A stretch of 45,037 bases of DNA from Cyanophora paradoxa CCMP329. Taxonomy: Eukaryota > Plantae > Glaucophyta. Below the pieces are notes generated by a model. It made no database searches, was not told the DNA's origin, and saw only the letters and a program-made list of their open reading frames with translations. Where the stretch lies: contig QPMI01000700.1 in NCBI GenBank assembly GCA_004431415.1, forward strand, positions 1-45,037, written 5' to 3'. The position numbers and the translations under genes are program-made. Positions 1 to 10,400 of the stretch are shown one piece after another (the stretch's first letter is position 1; each line of letters begins with the position of its first letter).

Positions 1-100
1 CTTCTCCAAGTTTGCCGAGTTCATGTTCGCTATGACCGTGCCCTTACCCGAGTCGTGCTCTGGGATAGGAACAGGAACTGGTAGTATTGAGTACAGAGCC

Positions 101-502
101 CTACGAGCTAGAGCTGCTATCGCCCGAGTCCAGGCGCGCCTTCTTGGCCTTGGAGCGGCGGAGGCGGGAGACGTACTGCAGGCGCAGGTTGCGCACGAGC
201 AGCTCGCCGGCCGTGGTGCCCGGCAGCCCGGGAACCGCGTCCGTGGGCAGCAGCTGGCCCTCGCGTATCGCCTTGTACGTCTTGCGCTTGTTGAATGCAA
301 CCTTCTCCGTATCTCCGTGCCGTCGTACTGGGACGTGGGAAGGAACTGCGAGGCGGTCTTGGGACTTCTAGAACCAGCGCGCGCTTGGCCTTCTTGATGG
401 AGACTGCGTTCGCGCGCTCCAGCTTGACGCCGGGCTCCAGGGGGTAGCGGCGACTTCGTTCTCAGCGAAGGAGACACGGGGGGAAGAGCCGCCGCGGGGC
501 AT
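101..502 (-). CDS. Hypothetical basic protein, ~135 aa after restoring three single-base homopolymer deletions
   Basis: ATG at 502, TAG at 101-103. Adding one base in three C/G runs gives a continuous GC3-rich frame: MPRGGSSPRVSFAENEVRRYPLEPGVKLERANAVSIKKAKRALVLEVPKTASQFLPTSQYDGTEIREKVAFNKRKTYKAIREGQLL...RRSKAKKARLDSGDSSSSS*. Absent from the ORF track. Upstream TATTTTC motif present. Confidence 0.55.
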
Positions 503-518
503 GGTTCGCTCGCTTTAC

Positions 519-844
519 CTAGCGTTTAGAAAATAGCGCGCGAGCCTCGAGCACCAGGAGACCCGCCACAACCGCTGCGGCGATGACCACGGCAACCTCG
601 AGCCGGTGCCAGAAGCGCTCGGCCCGTCCGTGAGCGCGCGGCCCGCCTTGCCCGGTGCGGTGAGTGCGGAGCCCAGCGCGCCCGCCGCAATGTCCGCCCA
701 CGCGCCTCCGTCGCCGCGCAGCACGTTCTCGCGGTTCTTCATCTCGACTGTGGCGCCGATCGCGGCGTTGAGCTCACCGAACTGCAGCCGCGGCGCGCCC
801 TTGGGCCCAAAGGTCTTGGTGAGCAGCGCGTCGAGCCAGCTCAT
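519..844 (-). CDS. Small hypothetical protein with C-terminal transmembrane segment (one frameshift near 625)
   Basis: ORF 515..844 (MSWLDALLTKTFGPKG...) joins the frame of ORF 519..701 (ERFWHRLEVAVVIAAAVVAGLLVLEARALFSKR*) if one G is added to a G run. Upstream GATTTTC motif. Confidence 0.6.
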
Positions 845-873
845 CTCTACTAGCTAGCGCTTCGAAAATCTAT

Positions 874-1368
874 CTAAATCGCGAAGCCGCGCAGGTACCA
901 GACCATCAGGAGCGAGCCGCCGAGCGCCACGAGCAGCGGCAGGTGCCCGTCGACCGCGCGCCGCGCCTCCCAGGCCCAGATCTCCTGGCGGCTCAGCTCG
1001 TTCGCGCCGTCGAAGTAAGCGCTGACGCCGTACTCGCGCGCGGGCGCAGGCTGCGACCAGAGGCCGGCGCTCAGGCGCGGCGCCCCCTCCCTCTGCTGCT
1101 GCGAGGCCAGCGCCGCCGTCGCCGCGTGCGCCGCCTCCCTCTGGCCCGGGGCGATCGCTACGAGGGGCAGGGGCCCGACGCCGCGGCCCTTGCCCGCAGC
1201 CTTAATCGACTTCAGCGCCGGCGGCGCCGGGTCCGCGCCCCTTATCTTAGGCCCCTCCGCCCCGCCGCCGGCCTTCGCCCCGCCCCCCTTGGCAGCCTCG
1301 CCGATCTTGCTGCAGCGCGAGTCCGATTTGAACACCGTACACAACAGCTTCTCTACGGCGTTGGGCAT
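874..1368 (-). CDS. Hypothetical 164-aa protein with hydrophobic C-terminal anchor
   Basis: Intact ATG ORF with GC3-rich codons ending LPLLVALGGSLLMVWYLRGFAI. Upstream AATTTTC motif; tightly packed against its neighbours. Confidence 0.65.
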   Translation of the reverse strand: MPNAVEKLLCTVFKSDSRCSKIGEAAKGGGAKAGGGAEGPKIRGADPAPPALKSIKAAGKGRGVGPLPLVAIAPGQREAAHAATAALASQQQREGAPRLSAGLWSQPAPAREYGVSAYFDGANELSRQEIWAWEARRAVDGHLPLLVALGGSLLMVWYLRGFAI

Positions 1369-1475
1369 GTTTAGACGTGTACAGACGATGAAGAAAATTT
1401 AAATGCCAACGGACTCAAAAGGACGTCGCAACTTTGAAAAGGGAAAGGGGGGAATGGAACTTTGAAAAGGGAGAG

Positions 1476-1667
1476 TTAACGCCCCGCGGGGCGCATGCCG
1501 GCCGTCGCCATCGAGACGGAGCCGGGGGCGTAGAGGGTCTTGGCGGCGTAGCCGAAGCCCACGCCGATGACGGCCGAGGCGGTGGGCGTGCCGCCGAGGA
1601 GCCAGGTGAGGGTCGCGGCGAGGGCTCCTAGCGAGTAATGCGGGGGATAGCTGTCAGCGAGGGCCAT
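1476..1667 (-). CDS. Hypothetical 63-aa hydrophobic (membrane) protein
   Basis: ATG ORF with two Gly/Ala-rich hydrophobic stretches (LGALAATLTWLLGG, AVIGVGFGYAA). Upstream TATTTTTTC motif. Confidence 0.55.
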   Translation of the reverse strand: MALADSYPPHYSLGALAATLTWLLGGTPTASAVIGVGFGYAAKTLYAPGSVSMATAGMRPAGR

Positions 1668-1715
1668 CGCGGGACCGAATTGGAAGGGGTTGAGAAAAAA
1701 TACCGCCTCGAGGCC

Positions 1716-2810
1716 TCAGTGGTGGAGGTGCCGGAAGCGCGCGTTGTCCTCGGCCTCCTCGCGCTCCGCCTGCTCCTCCGCCGCGTCGATCTCCGCCCGC
1801 GAGGCCTCCAGCGTCGCCCGCCGCGCGTAGGACTGCGGGACGGCCACGCGCCGGTAGGGCTGGGCGAGGGTCTTCGCCAGCCCCGCCGTCTCCGCCTCGA
1901 ACGCCCGCCAAGTCTCCGAGGCCTCCGCACCGGAGATCTGGCGGGCGCGGAATCCCGCCTCCAGCTCGGCGCGGAAGGCGAGGGTGCGCTGCAGGCGCTG
2001 GGCCCAGAGGGCCTGGCGCCGCGCCTCCGCCTCGCGTGCCTGGCGCGCCGCCAGCGCCTGCCGCTCGGCCTCCTGCTGGGCCCCGAAGCCCTGGATCGCG
2101 GAGAGGACGGCGCCGGGGCCGGGGACGGGCGCGGCGAAGGCGGCGGGGACGGGGCTGCGGTCGGCTAGGGAGAAGGGGACGGGGCTGGGGCCGGCGCTGC
2201 TGGAGGGGGCGGCCGAGGCCGAGCGCGCGCGCGAGCCCGAGGCCGAGCGCGAGCCCGAGCTGCCGTAGCTGCTGGGGCCGGCGCCGCCGTCCACGGGGCT
2301 GCTGCGGAAGCTGCCCGCGGGGGAGGCGCCCTCGCCCTGGCCCGAGGGTCAGGAGGGGGCGGGGGAAGGGGGGTACGAGGGGGCGCGGGTGCGGGGCCGG
2401 ACCTGGCGCGGCAGCATCTCGTCGATGCGCTGCTGGCCGGCGTGCTGCTGGGCGCGGGGGCGAACGACGGGGGCGGGCGGGACGAAGGCGGGGGCGAGTT
2501 GCGGGGCGCGTTGCCCTGCCCCTGTTCGAGCCTTGACGGGAAGGGCCGTTCTCCGGGTCCGCCGGCTCGAAGAACTGGATGGCCTGCAGCGCCGGCTGGC
2601 TCGCGCCGAGGGAGAGGGGGCCTTGGGGACGATGCCGCGGATGTAGGTCTCCCAGACGCCGCCGGCTTGTAGGAGAAGAGGCGGCACCTGGGGCCGAAGG
2701 CGGCGATGGTCTCGTCCAGCTCGCCGTTCTCGACGTCGCGGCGACGGCGGCGGAGGCGTCGGGGCCTCCGTGCGCGAGATGTACTCGCAGATGCCCGCCA
2801 CGCTCGTCAT
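1716..2810 (-). CDS. Hypothetical low-complexity/coiled-coil protein, several frameshifts
   Basis: Coding-like pieces in alternating frames from ATG 2810 (MTSVAGICEYISRT..; DVENGELDETIAAFGPRCRLFSYK; GVWETYIRGIVPKAP; ALQAIQFFEPADPENG) to a helical C-terminus (QQEAERQALAARQAREAEARRQALWAQRLQR...HLHH*). Confidence 0.5.
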
Positions 2811-3015
2811 GCCGCCCTCCGTCTCGAGCCGACGAGGTAGGTGGTGGGTCGACGACGCAGTGGGTGATGATGAAGCGGGTGAGGGTGCAGGAGGCCGTCT
2901 CCTGCCAGAAGGCAGGCGCTTCTCCCGCAGCCACACGGCTCGAAGGACTGGATGCACGCCGCCTCGCCGTCCGCGAGCGCGTGGATGATCTTCCAGGCGT
3001 AGTAGGTTGGCAGGA

Positions 3016-3066
3016 TGTGACCACCTCTTGGAAACTTCTAATAGAACTTTTCATGAGGTGTACACA
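3016..3066. promoter_or_regulatory. 51-bp imperfect palindrome, copy 1 (candidate origin / recombination / operator site)
   Basis: TGTGACCACCTCTTGGAAACTTCTA-A-TAGAACTTTTCATGAGGTGTACACA, symmetric about 3041 (16 of 19 Watson-Crick pairs in the core 3022-3060). An extra TGTGACCACCTC half-site lies at 3074-3085. Confidence 0.8.
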
Positions 3067-3156
3067 AGATCCTTGTGACCACCTCAAGGAAAAGAGGCAA
3101 ATCTCAGATACCAGGTACCAAGAGCACCTCCTTTTCTTAAGGTGCATGTGCATGTG

Positions 3157-3159
<3 letters not shown>

Positions 3160-3251
<92 letters not shown>
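3160..3251 (+). repeat. (GA)n microsatellite, ~46 units
   Basis: Uninterrupted GA run. Confidence 0.99.
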
Positions 3252-3254
<3 letters not shown>

Positions 3255-3274
3255 AGAGCTCAAGTCAAAGTCTC

Positions 3275-3546
3275 TGGACATCTGGACATTTGGACATTTG
3301 GACATTTGGACATTTGGACATAACATGTACCCCGCTATCTATAGCTAGCGCTAGCTCATCGTAGGCCTAGGCCTTGGCCTTGGACATCTGGACATCTGGA
3401 CACTTGGACATTTGGACATTTGGACATAACATGTACCCCGCTATCTATAGCTAGCGCTAGCTCATCGTAGGCCTAGGCCTTGGCCTTGGACATCTGGACA
3501 CTTGGACACTTGGACACTTGGACATTTGGACATAACACGTACCCCC
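3275..3546 (+). repeat. 106-bp tandem repeat (2.5 copies), each with six TGGACA(T/C)N 8-mers and short palindromes
   Basis: TAACAYGTACCCC recurs at 3321, 3427 and 3533. There are 18 8-mers in three blocks; spacers contain the palindromes AGCTAGCGCTAGCT and AGGCCTAGGCCT. Confidence 0.95.
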
Positions 3547-4377
3547 CTCCACAGTCTTCCCCCTTAGCTTCGAGCTGCTCTTGAACTAGCGAGCCCGCCG
3601 TCGCTCCGGCACAGCAGGCGATAGAGCAGGTAGCTCTGAGCTCGTCGGCATCCTCGCCGGTCGCGCCGCCGCCGTCCTTGGGGTGCTCCGGACCGCGGAC
3701 CGCCATTTCGCGCCACGGTGGGCTCCCGAAGCCCGGAAAGTTGCTACGGAAAGCTCTGTTGACCGGCGATCGCACTGTGCCGCCGCAGAGTCGCCCGCCG
3801 CCCGCCGTGAAGTTCGAGGGCAAGTCGCGCACTGACCTTCGCTTCTCTCCGCCTCGCAGAGGTGCACGCCGGTCCTGCGACTCAGAGCCTCATCCTAGAA
3901 GCATTTGAAGCCGACCTGCGCTGCGCCCGCTCACCCTTGTCGCGGGATTTTGAATTCGGCGGGGCGCAGGTTGCCGGGGAGCCCAGACGATCCAGGCTGC
4001 GAGCGCGCCATCCGCTTTGCATCTCTGTCGACTAAGAAGGTGCATACGAGTCGCTGGTCCGCCGGGGCGCGGGATTTGCCTCGCTTTCTCGCAACCACAG
4101 CCAAGCGCCAGCTCCATGCTCACCTGCTGTGTGCGCAGCGAGGCCGATCGCATGGAGCATCACGCGCGCAGTGCATTCGTTCGCGTCTCTCCCGTCTCCG
4201 CTACTTCCGAGTCGAAGTGCGCACCCATGCTGCAATCCCGCCCAGCGCCCGCTGCTCACGGGGCCCGGATCCGTGCAGCAGAACGCCGGCTCGGCGACGC
4301 TCACTCCATCTCGAAGGCATCTCAACGACGCTGAAGGCCCGAGCTCGGCGACGCTGCGCCCGACCTCGTCGCCCGCC

Positions 4378-7334
4378 ATGAACTCGTCCCGTCGCCTTCG
4401 GAGCCCTCGCTGCAGGGAAGCCCGCGGCCCTGCAGCGAATGAGCCGGATTCAGACAAGCCGTGCGCACTTTCAGACTGCGCGATCGCTTTCCCCTCTTCT
4501 CTCCCTTTTCCCTTCTTTTCATTCATGCGCCGGCGGCTCACTTCTGGCCCGTGCACGCAGGCTTGGGAGCCCTTGTACGCCTCGAACGGCCTGAAGCAGG
4601 CGGTCGCCCTGACGGAGAAGGTCCTCGCGATGCACCTCTCGCGCCCCAACAGCAACTGCGACTTTGCCTCCGGGCCCGTCCGCTTGCATGCCATCGAGTC
4701 CACTAGGGGCGAGTGTGTCCGCCGCCCCCAGGCGACCATCGGCATCTCAATGTTCAAGTTCAAGACGACCATGGATGTACTTGGTATGCGCGCAGCTTTG
4801 TCTTTCTCGTCTCTATCTAGATTATTCCTTCCGTGAACTTGCTCTCAATCTCACTGGCACCTGTGCCGCAGATGAGAATGAGCGCTCTTACGAAGTCGTC
4901 ATCAGCGTGGTATTCAGCTACCGCCAGCCGAAGCGCTTCACTCTCCTCCTCGCCGCCAAGCCCAACGGGGTGACTTTGAAGTATCGCATCGAAGATGTCT
5001 GCCCCAAGGAGGCCTGTGAGCACGCACTGATGGACTGGGCTGCACGCCTCGACCCCGCAGTCTTGCTGGGCACCTCGTCCCAGGTCCGCGCCTCCTTCTC
5101 TCATTCCAGTCTTCTAAAGCGGCCGCTCTGGACTTGCACCCACTCGCGACTGATTTTCGTCTCCTTCTCCTAGGGTGCAGTCTCAAAGATTGCAGAGGCC
5201 CCGCCCCTCGAGCCACTTTCACCGGAGGCCAAGGATGCCCTTCTTGCTGGGTCCATCGAGACTGGCGTCCTGGCAGCAGTGCGTCAGCAGTTGGACGACG
5301 AGTTCATGGCATTTGACCCCCGCCGGGGCGAGCTGTTGGTGAGCTCTAGATCTCATTGCAATCCACTGGTTCTCCTTGATACCATCTGACTGCGAGCTCC
5401 CTCCTTTCGCCCAGCAACTTGCTTTCACATCCGATCGGCGCCCGACGTACAGCTACACGCCCTTTAACGGCCTCAAGGGCCACGCAACGGTCCGAGCGTA
5501 CGCCAACCGTATTCTCGACCGGATTGCATTCGCCATCAAGGAGGATGAAGACGCACGCGAGCAGGAGCCCAAGCGGCCCCGCATCATGTCATCCAGCCGC
5601 AGCAAGTCAGACGTGTTTGCTTCCAGCCGCGCCGAGCTGCTCGACAAGATCGTCGCCTCCATCCTGCATGACCCCGCTTGGGTTAAGCAGGTCAAGACCA
5701 CCGATCTCATTGTCAGCTTCGACGACGTCGCAGTGAACATCCGCGACCCCGGAGTGCTATACCGCTACAACGGCGCCAACCCTCCCTCTGTCAAGGAGAT
5801 TCCGTCCACGTGGGAGAACCCCGAGTCGTTCTCCTATGGCTATCGGTGAGCCGGCTGTTTGCATCGCTGTCCGCTGCTCTTTCCCTTTATCTCTTCCTCT
5901 CTAAGGCGCGCGCGGCCCGGGCAGTTACTTTCCCAACTGCTTGGCGGACGCAACGGGCCGTCAGTGCGACTACAACAGCTTGGTGACGCGCACTGCCCGC
6001 TGGACAAGATCTGCCGAGATCAAGGGATCAATGATGTGCTCTTCTACGGCGTGTGTGGCATCGGCATTGCCAGTGATCCCGAGCAGGATGCGGTGCGCTG
6101 ACATCCTGCGCTTTGCGCTCTATTCAACTTCATCTCTATTCGACCTCCCATTCAGCTCTCTAACGTTTGGCGCCTTCAAAGATTGTGCACCTCGAGGGGC
6201 TCGGCAACACCGGCAAGAGCACACTGCAGGCAGTCGTCGAGAAGCTCATCACCTGCGAGACCCCATCGAAGGACTCCTCGCCGCAGTTCATGCTTTCTTG
6301 CATCTACGACTGCCACGAGCCTGTCTCTGCCCTCTTCATTCACGAGGTCGGCAACTCCACGCAGCTCAAGGTCCGTTCGCCAGAGTCAATGATTATTCTT
6401 CAGCTCACGCCCTCTTGCCCTGCCAGTCGCTGCAGTCAAAGATCAAGACGATTAGCGGACACGATCCAGTCAGCATCGAGGCAAAGAACAAGCCCCCGCT
6501 CAAGGCCCGCCTGCGGGCCGTTGTCTGGACGGCTGGCAACCCCACGGGCCTCTCTCAGGTGTGCCTTCCGTCACGGGCATCTTGGAGTGAGCTTTGAGCT
6601 CACGTTTTTGCTGCTCAGCACCTGTACAAGGACTACGGGGGCGATATGAGCCGCCGACTTCTGTACCTTCCCTTCAACAAGCCGGTGATTCCGACCTTAA
6701 GATCTCTTTTCGACTCTCTGTGTTCTAGATCTAGATCTTGGCCGCAGGTCGAAGCCGTAACCAACTTCAAGGAGAGCTGCCTGCAGCCCTACAACCTGGG
6801 TGTAGCGCTTGCCAAGATGATCGCTGCCCGTCACGTCCTTCTCACTTTCATTGACGGTGGCGGCCTCCAGAAGCTCTACGATCCCTTGTCGTCGGCCTCC
6901 ATCATTTACTGCCCCGAGATCGCACTTCGTCGCAGCGAGATCCTCAGCACGCAGCAGCAGGCGAGTGAGCGCAACAGCACTGTCACATCGATTGAGCACT
7001 GCTGGAGTCAGGTGCTGTTCTTAGCCTTTGCTCATTCTGTGTTCACGTTCCAACGTTCTGCAATTGCCCGCAGTGGATCCGCACCGTTGCCACAGGGCAG
7101 CCGAGTGACACGGCAGATCAGCCCGCTCTCCAGGAGCACTTCAAGCAGTACCTGCGTACGTTCAACTACTTCAATGATAAAGATATCGACGCCGCCGCAA
7201 AGAAGTACGTGCTCAACTCCACCGTCACGGCGATCAAGGGCGCCTACGAGGCAGCGGGCATTGTCTGGTGGAAGCGGGGCGGGAACACAGGGCGCGTTTG
7301 GCGGGCTTTTGGCGCCAAGATCCCGACGGCCTAG
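4378..7334 (+). CDS. D5-like superfamily-3 helicase (primase-helicase type), intron-rich; true start uncertain and possibly upstream (~3.7-4.3 kb)
   Basis: Inferred GT-AG introns 4461-4560, 4784-4871, 5084-5173, 5339-5414, 5846-5924, 6093-6181, 6371-6426, 6559-6618, 6685-6747, 7012-7073. The spliced product has Walker A (HLEGLGNTGKST), Walker B (LFIHE), B' (IKTISGHDPVSIEAKNK), motif C (VVWTAGN) and an Arg finger (KDYGGDMSRRLLYLPF), preceded by a D5_N-like LIVSFDDVAVNI. Stop TAG at 7332-7334. One C-run frameshift near 5996 and probably another before 4460. Confidence 0.85.
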
Positions 7335-7483
7335 GTCAAGCAAATTTCGTTGTATCGCCTTGTAACTTACGGTGCAGATGTAACAGAATGCAGCACACTC
7401 GCAGAGCAAATGTTTAGATGTTCAGATGTTCTCACTTGTCTTAATTGTCAGATGTACACATTGGACCGTTTCTCGAACACTAA

Positions 7484-10400
7484 TCACTTGCCTACCTCCA
7501 TTGCGCTCGTTCTAACTGTGCCAGCAAGTGCCACCTCCGAGCCAAGTGCCACCTCCGAGCGCAGGCGCACGAGATCGTAGCACTTCACGAAAACCCGGTA
7601 CGCGTCTGCATAGTGAAGGACTGACGTTTGCGCCGCTGAGCCGCCTGCCTGCCCAGCACATCGCTCATCGTATCCTCCACGCATGCAAGGTACTTGCGCT
7701 TTCTGTTCTGCATAGCTCCTCCATCACGCACGCTTGAGATCTTCCTGACGCCCCTGCATGTCTCGAACAGGTACCTTGCAACTCGCCGGGCCTGCATTGC
7801 GATGGCCTTTACCGACTTGTACTTGGCGGGATCGAAGCGCGGGCACTTCGGGTCCACACTCTGCAGCTCGCGGTAAGCCGCTCGGCCTTGCTCTGACGTC
7901 AGCCCGCGACACAGCTCATCGACCCACAGGACGTCCTTTGCTCGGTCGCCCTCGCCCGTCCAGCCAATCGCCCTGAATACGGCCACGAGCTTCGAGAGGT
8001 AAAGCCGGTCGCTCGACGGCTCGATTCCTTCGATGCTGTGACCGTCCAGGAGCACCAGGCTCGCCTTCGCCTTGAGGCCAAGAGAGTAGCGCGACTCCCA
8101 CATCCACTCGACGTCCCCGCGGTGAGCGTCGCAGGGTCCAGCACCATGAAATCCGCGATTGACTGCCTCGCCAGGGAGAGGACGGTCTCGAACGCCGTGC
8201 CCTCGAGTGAGCCATCCCAGGACTCGGCAAGGGCCAAGATCTGCGGCACGTCCATCAGTGCGGCCTTGTGCACCCAGTCGATCTCCATTTTCTGTCGCTC
8301 TTGCTCTTTCCTTGCCGAGGGCTTGCCCTGATCCGCCGTGGTCCACAGGTTCTCGGACGGGCCGACGGAGAGCTGGCGGAGCGGGCGGCGACGCTCAGGT
8401 GCCTGGAGGGCATGGAGGCGCGCCTGTCTCCGTTGTGCTCGGCTTTCAGATCCAGGTACGTCTCCACTGCGGGCGCCTCGGTGGGTGGCCGCGGCCGCCG
8501 GGGCCGCCGCCTGACTCGCGCCAGTGTCGTGCAGCATCCGAGGCGCGAACGGGCGTCACGCTGCACCGCCGAACGGACAGCAGCAGGTGCTCGCCCCCTT
8601 CACCCCTGTGCCTTCGCCCTGGCCCCGCAGCCGCCTCACACGGAACAGCAGCTGTACGATGTCGTCGGCCTCCAGTAGGGGCATCTTGGCGTCGAAGATT
8701 CCGTAGATCTTGTCGAAGTGCGCATCCGAGAAGTCCACGCCCGCCCCCAAGGCCGACGTCGCAATGACTGCGTCGCAGGTCTTGTAGCCGCCCTCCTCGG
8801 CCAGATCGAGCTTCTTCACGCGGGCCCTGCCGTCGTCGCTGTAATCAAACTGTTTGTCTTTTGCCTGCCCTATGACGATTCCGATTGTGAAGGGCCCGGG
8901 GGCGCAGGCTGGGTCTCGCTCCAAGATCTCGGTGGCCTGCTTCTTAAGTGCGCTTGCCAATGCCTGCGCCCGGCCTGTCGTCTCGACGATGATCATGGCG
9001 CGCAGGCCGCCGGGGCGGCACCTTGACATCAGGTCACGCTCGACGGCGGTGGGGCTGTCGGACAGGCGTATCCGCCAGTCGCAGGTCCGCCGGTGGTTGA
9101 AGAGGAGGGCGAGCCGAGCCCCTGTGGACGCCGCCGACTTGCCGAGGAAAGCAAGGTCCGTGGGCCTCACGTAGCCGTCCAGCGCGACGATTTCCTGTGC
9201 GCCCTCGATTCCCGCCAGAGACGGGCGCAACGCAGGTTGCGGGGGAGGCTCCGCGCCCCAAGCCCGCCGGCCACGGGCTCCAAGGTCGAGCTCAAGGTGA
9301 AGTGCCGCATGAGGGAGGAGAGCTCGTCGAGCACGACCAGGAGGCCCCCGCCGCCGCCCTCGCCCAGGTCCTCGAGCCCCTGCCAGTCGTCCTGCACCTT
9401 GTGAGCCGAATCGATCGTGCAGATGACGACCTGGATCCTCGGATCGCGGAAGCCCCACGTCCCGTGAGCGCTCTGGGGGTCCTTGGGGCGCCAGACGTCC
9501 GAGTAGAGCACGGCGACCGAGGGGAGGGAGGCTTCGTCAAGGCGGCGCTTGAGGTCGCGAGAGAAGGCCCGACGGCAGGTGAGCACGAGGATTTTGCGCT
9601 TCAACTCGAGCGCCGGCCGTACATAGGCTTCAATCAGCGCCTTCGTCTTCCCCGTGTTGAGCCCGCTGCAGATGACGTCGATCCGACGGAGCGCCCCGGG
9701 ATCGGGCCTCAGCTCGCCAAAGGTCGACTCCAGCAGCTCGGGGCTCAGGTACCGCTCGTCCACCTCTCTCACCGCAAATGGGGCATGGCCGACGGATCGC
9801 AGGGCAAGGAGGAGGGACGGAAGGGCGGTGTCGAGGGAGATGCCGCGCCGAAGGTCCGTTGCGTAGGCTTTCGTCTTGGCGCCGCCTCCTCCATCTGAGA
9901 GCCTCGCCTGCAGGCTGAAGTTCCAGATCTGGAGCTCCAGGCGGGAGTTCGGACGCGCCTCCACCTCGAGCTCGAAGGCCAGCGACCCGTCGGGCTCCGT
10001 CCGCGCCTGCAGCACCCTCGACGGCTCCAGGCGCAGGTGCACTCCGAGCTCATCCCCTGCCCTCTCCAGCTCGCCCGAACCGATGTGCTGCCCCGCAGGA
10101 GAGCGAGGGCCCGCTCTAGGATCTCGCCGGCCGCCTGGTCTCCAGCGACCTGTACCCCAGCGGCCTGCTCTGTACCCCTCTCACCGGCGCCTTGTTCCTC
10201 TGTCCCTCCATCGGTCCCTCTCCGCTGGCCCGCCGCCTCCGTCCCTTCTTCGGGCAAGTCGTCAAAGAAGTCCGCGGGCAGATCTTCCAAGAAGTTCGCA
10301 GGCAGGCCCACAGCGGGAGCCCCTTTAGCTCGGCGCAGGCTTACCCCCCCGTCAGGCTCGATGCAGAGGCGGAGCTCCGACCCAGGCGCGAGGCCGCCGA

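Larger units (their letters stand above)
529..1702 (-). promoter_or_regulatory. Shared ATTTT(TT)C motif upstream of four consecutive genes (529-535, 864-870, 1393-1399, 1694-1702)
   Basis: Motif ends 27, 20, 25 and 27 nt upstream of the ATGs at 502, 844, 1368 and 1667 in otherwise very GC-rich DNA. Promoter function is inferred. Confidence 0.55.

Noticed and set aside
3031-3052. FRT (Flp target) site
   Set aside because: Superficial resemblance only; it lacks the 13-bp arms with 8-bp spacer, and no recombinase gene was recognised in the window.
3084-3348. (ER)n / (SL)n ORFs
   Set aside because: Translations of the (GA)n microsatellite.
3275-3546. Telomeric repeat
   Set aside because: The TGGACATT unit is not a G-run telomere motif and is organised in internal blocks with spacers.
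3473-3832. Minus-strand ORF (MAVRGPEHPKDGGG...)
   Set aside because: Mildly coding-like, but it runs into the 8-mer array and has no motif or upstream ATTTTC signal.
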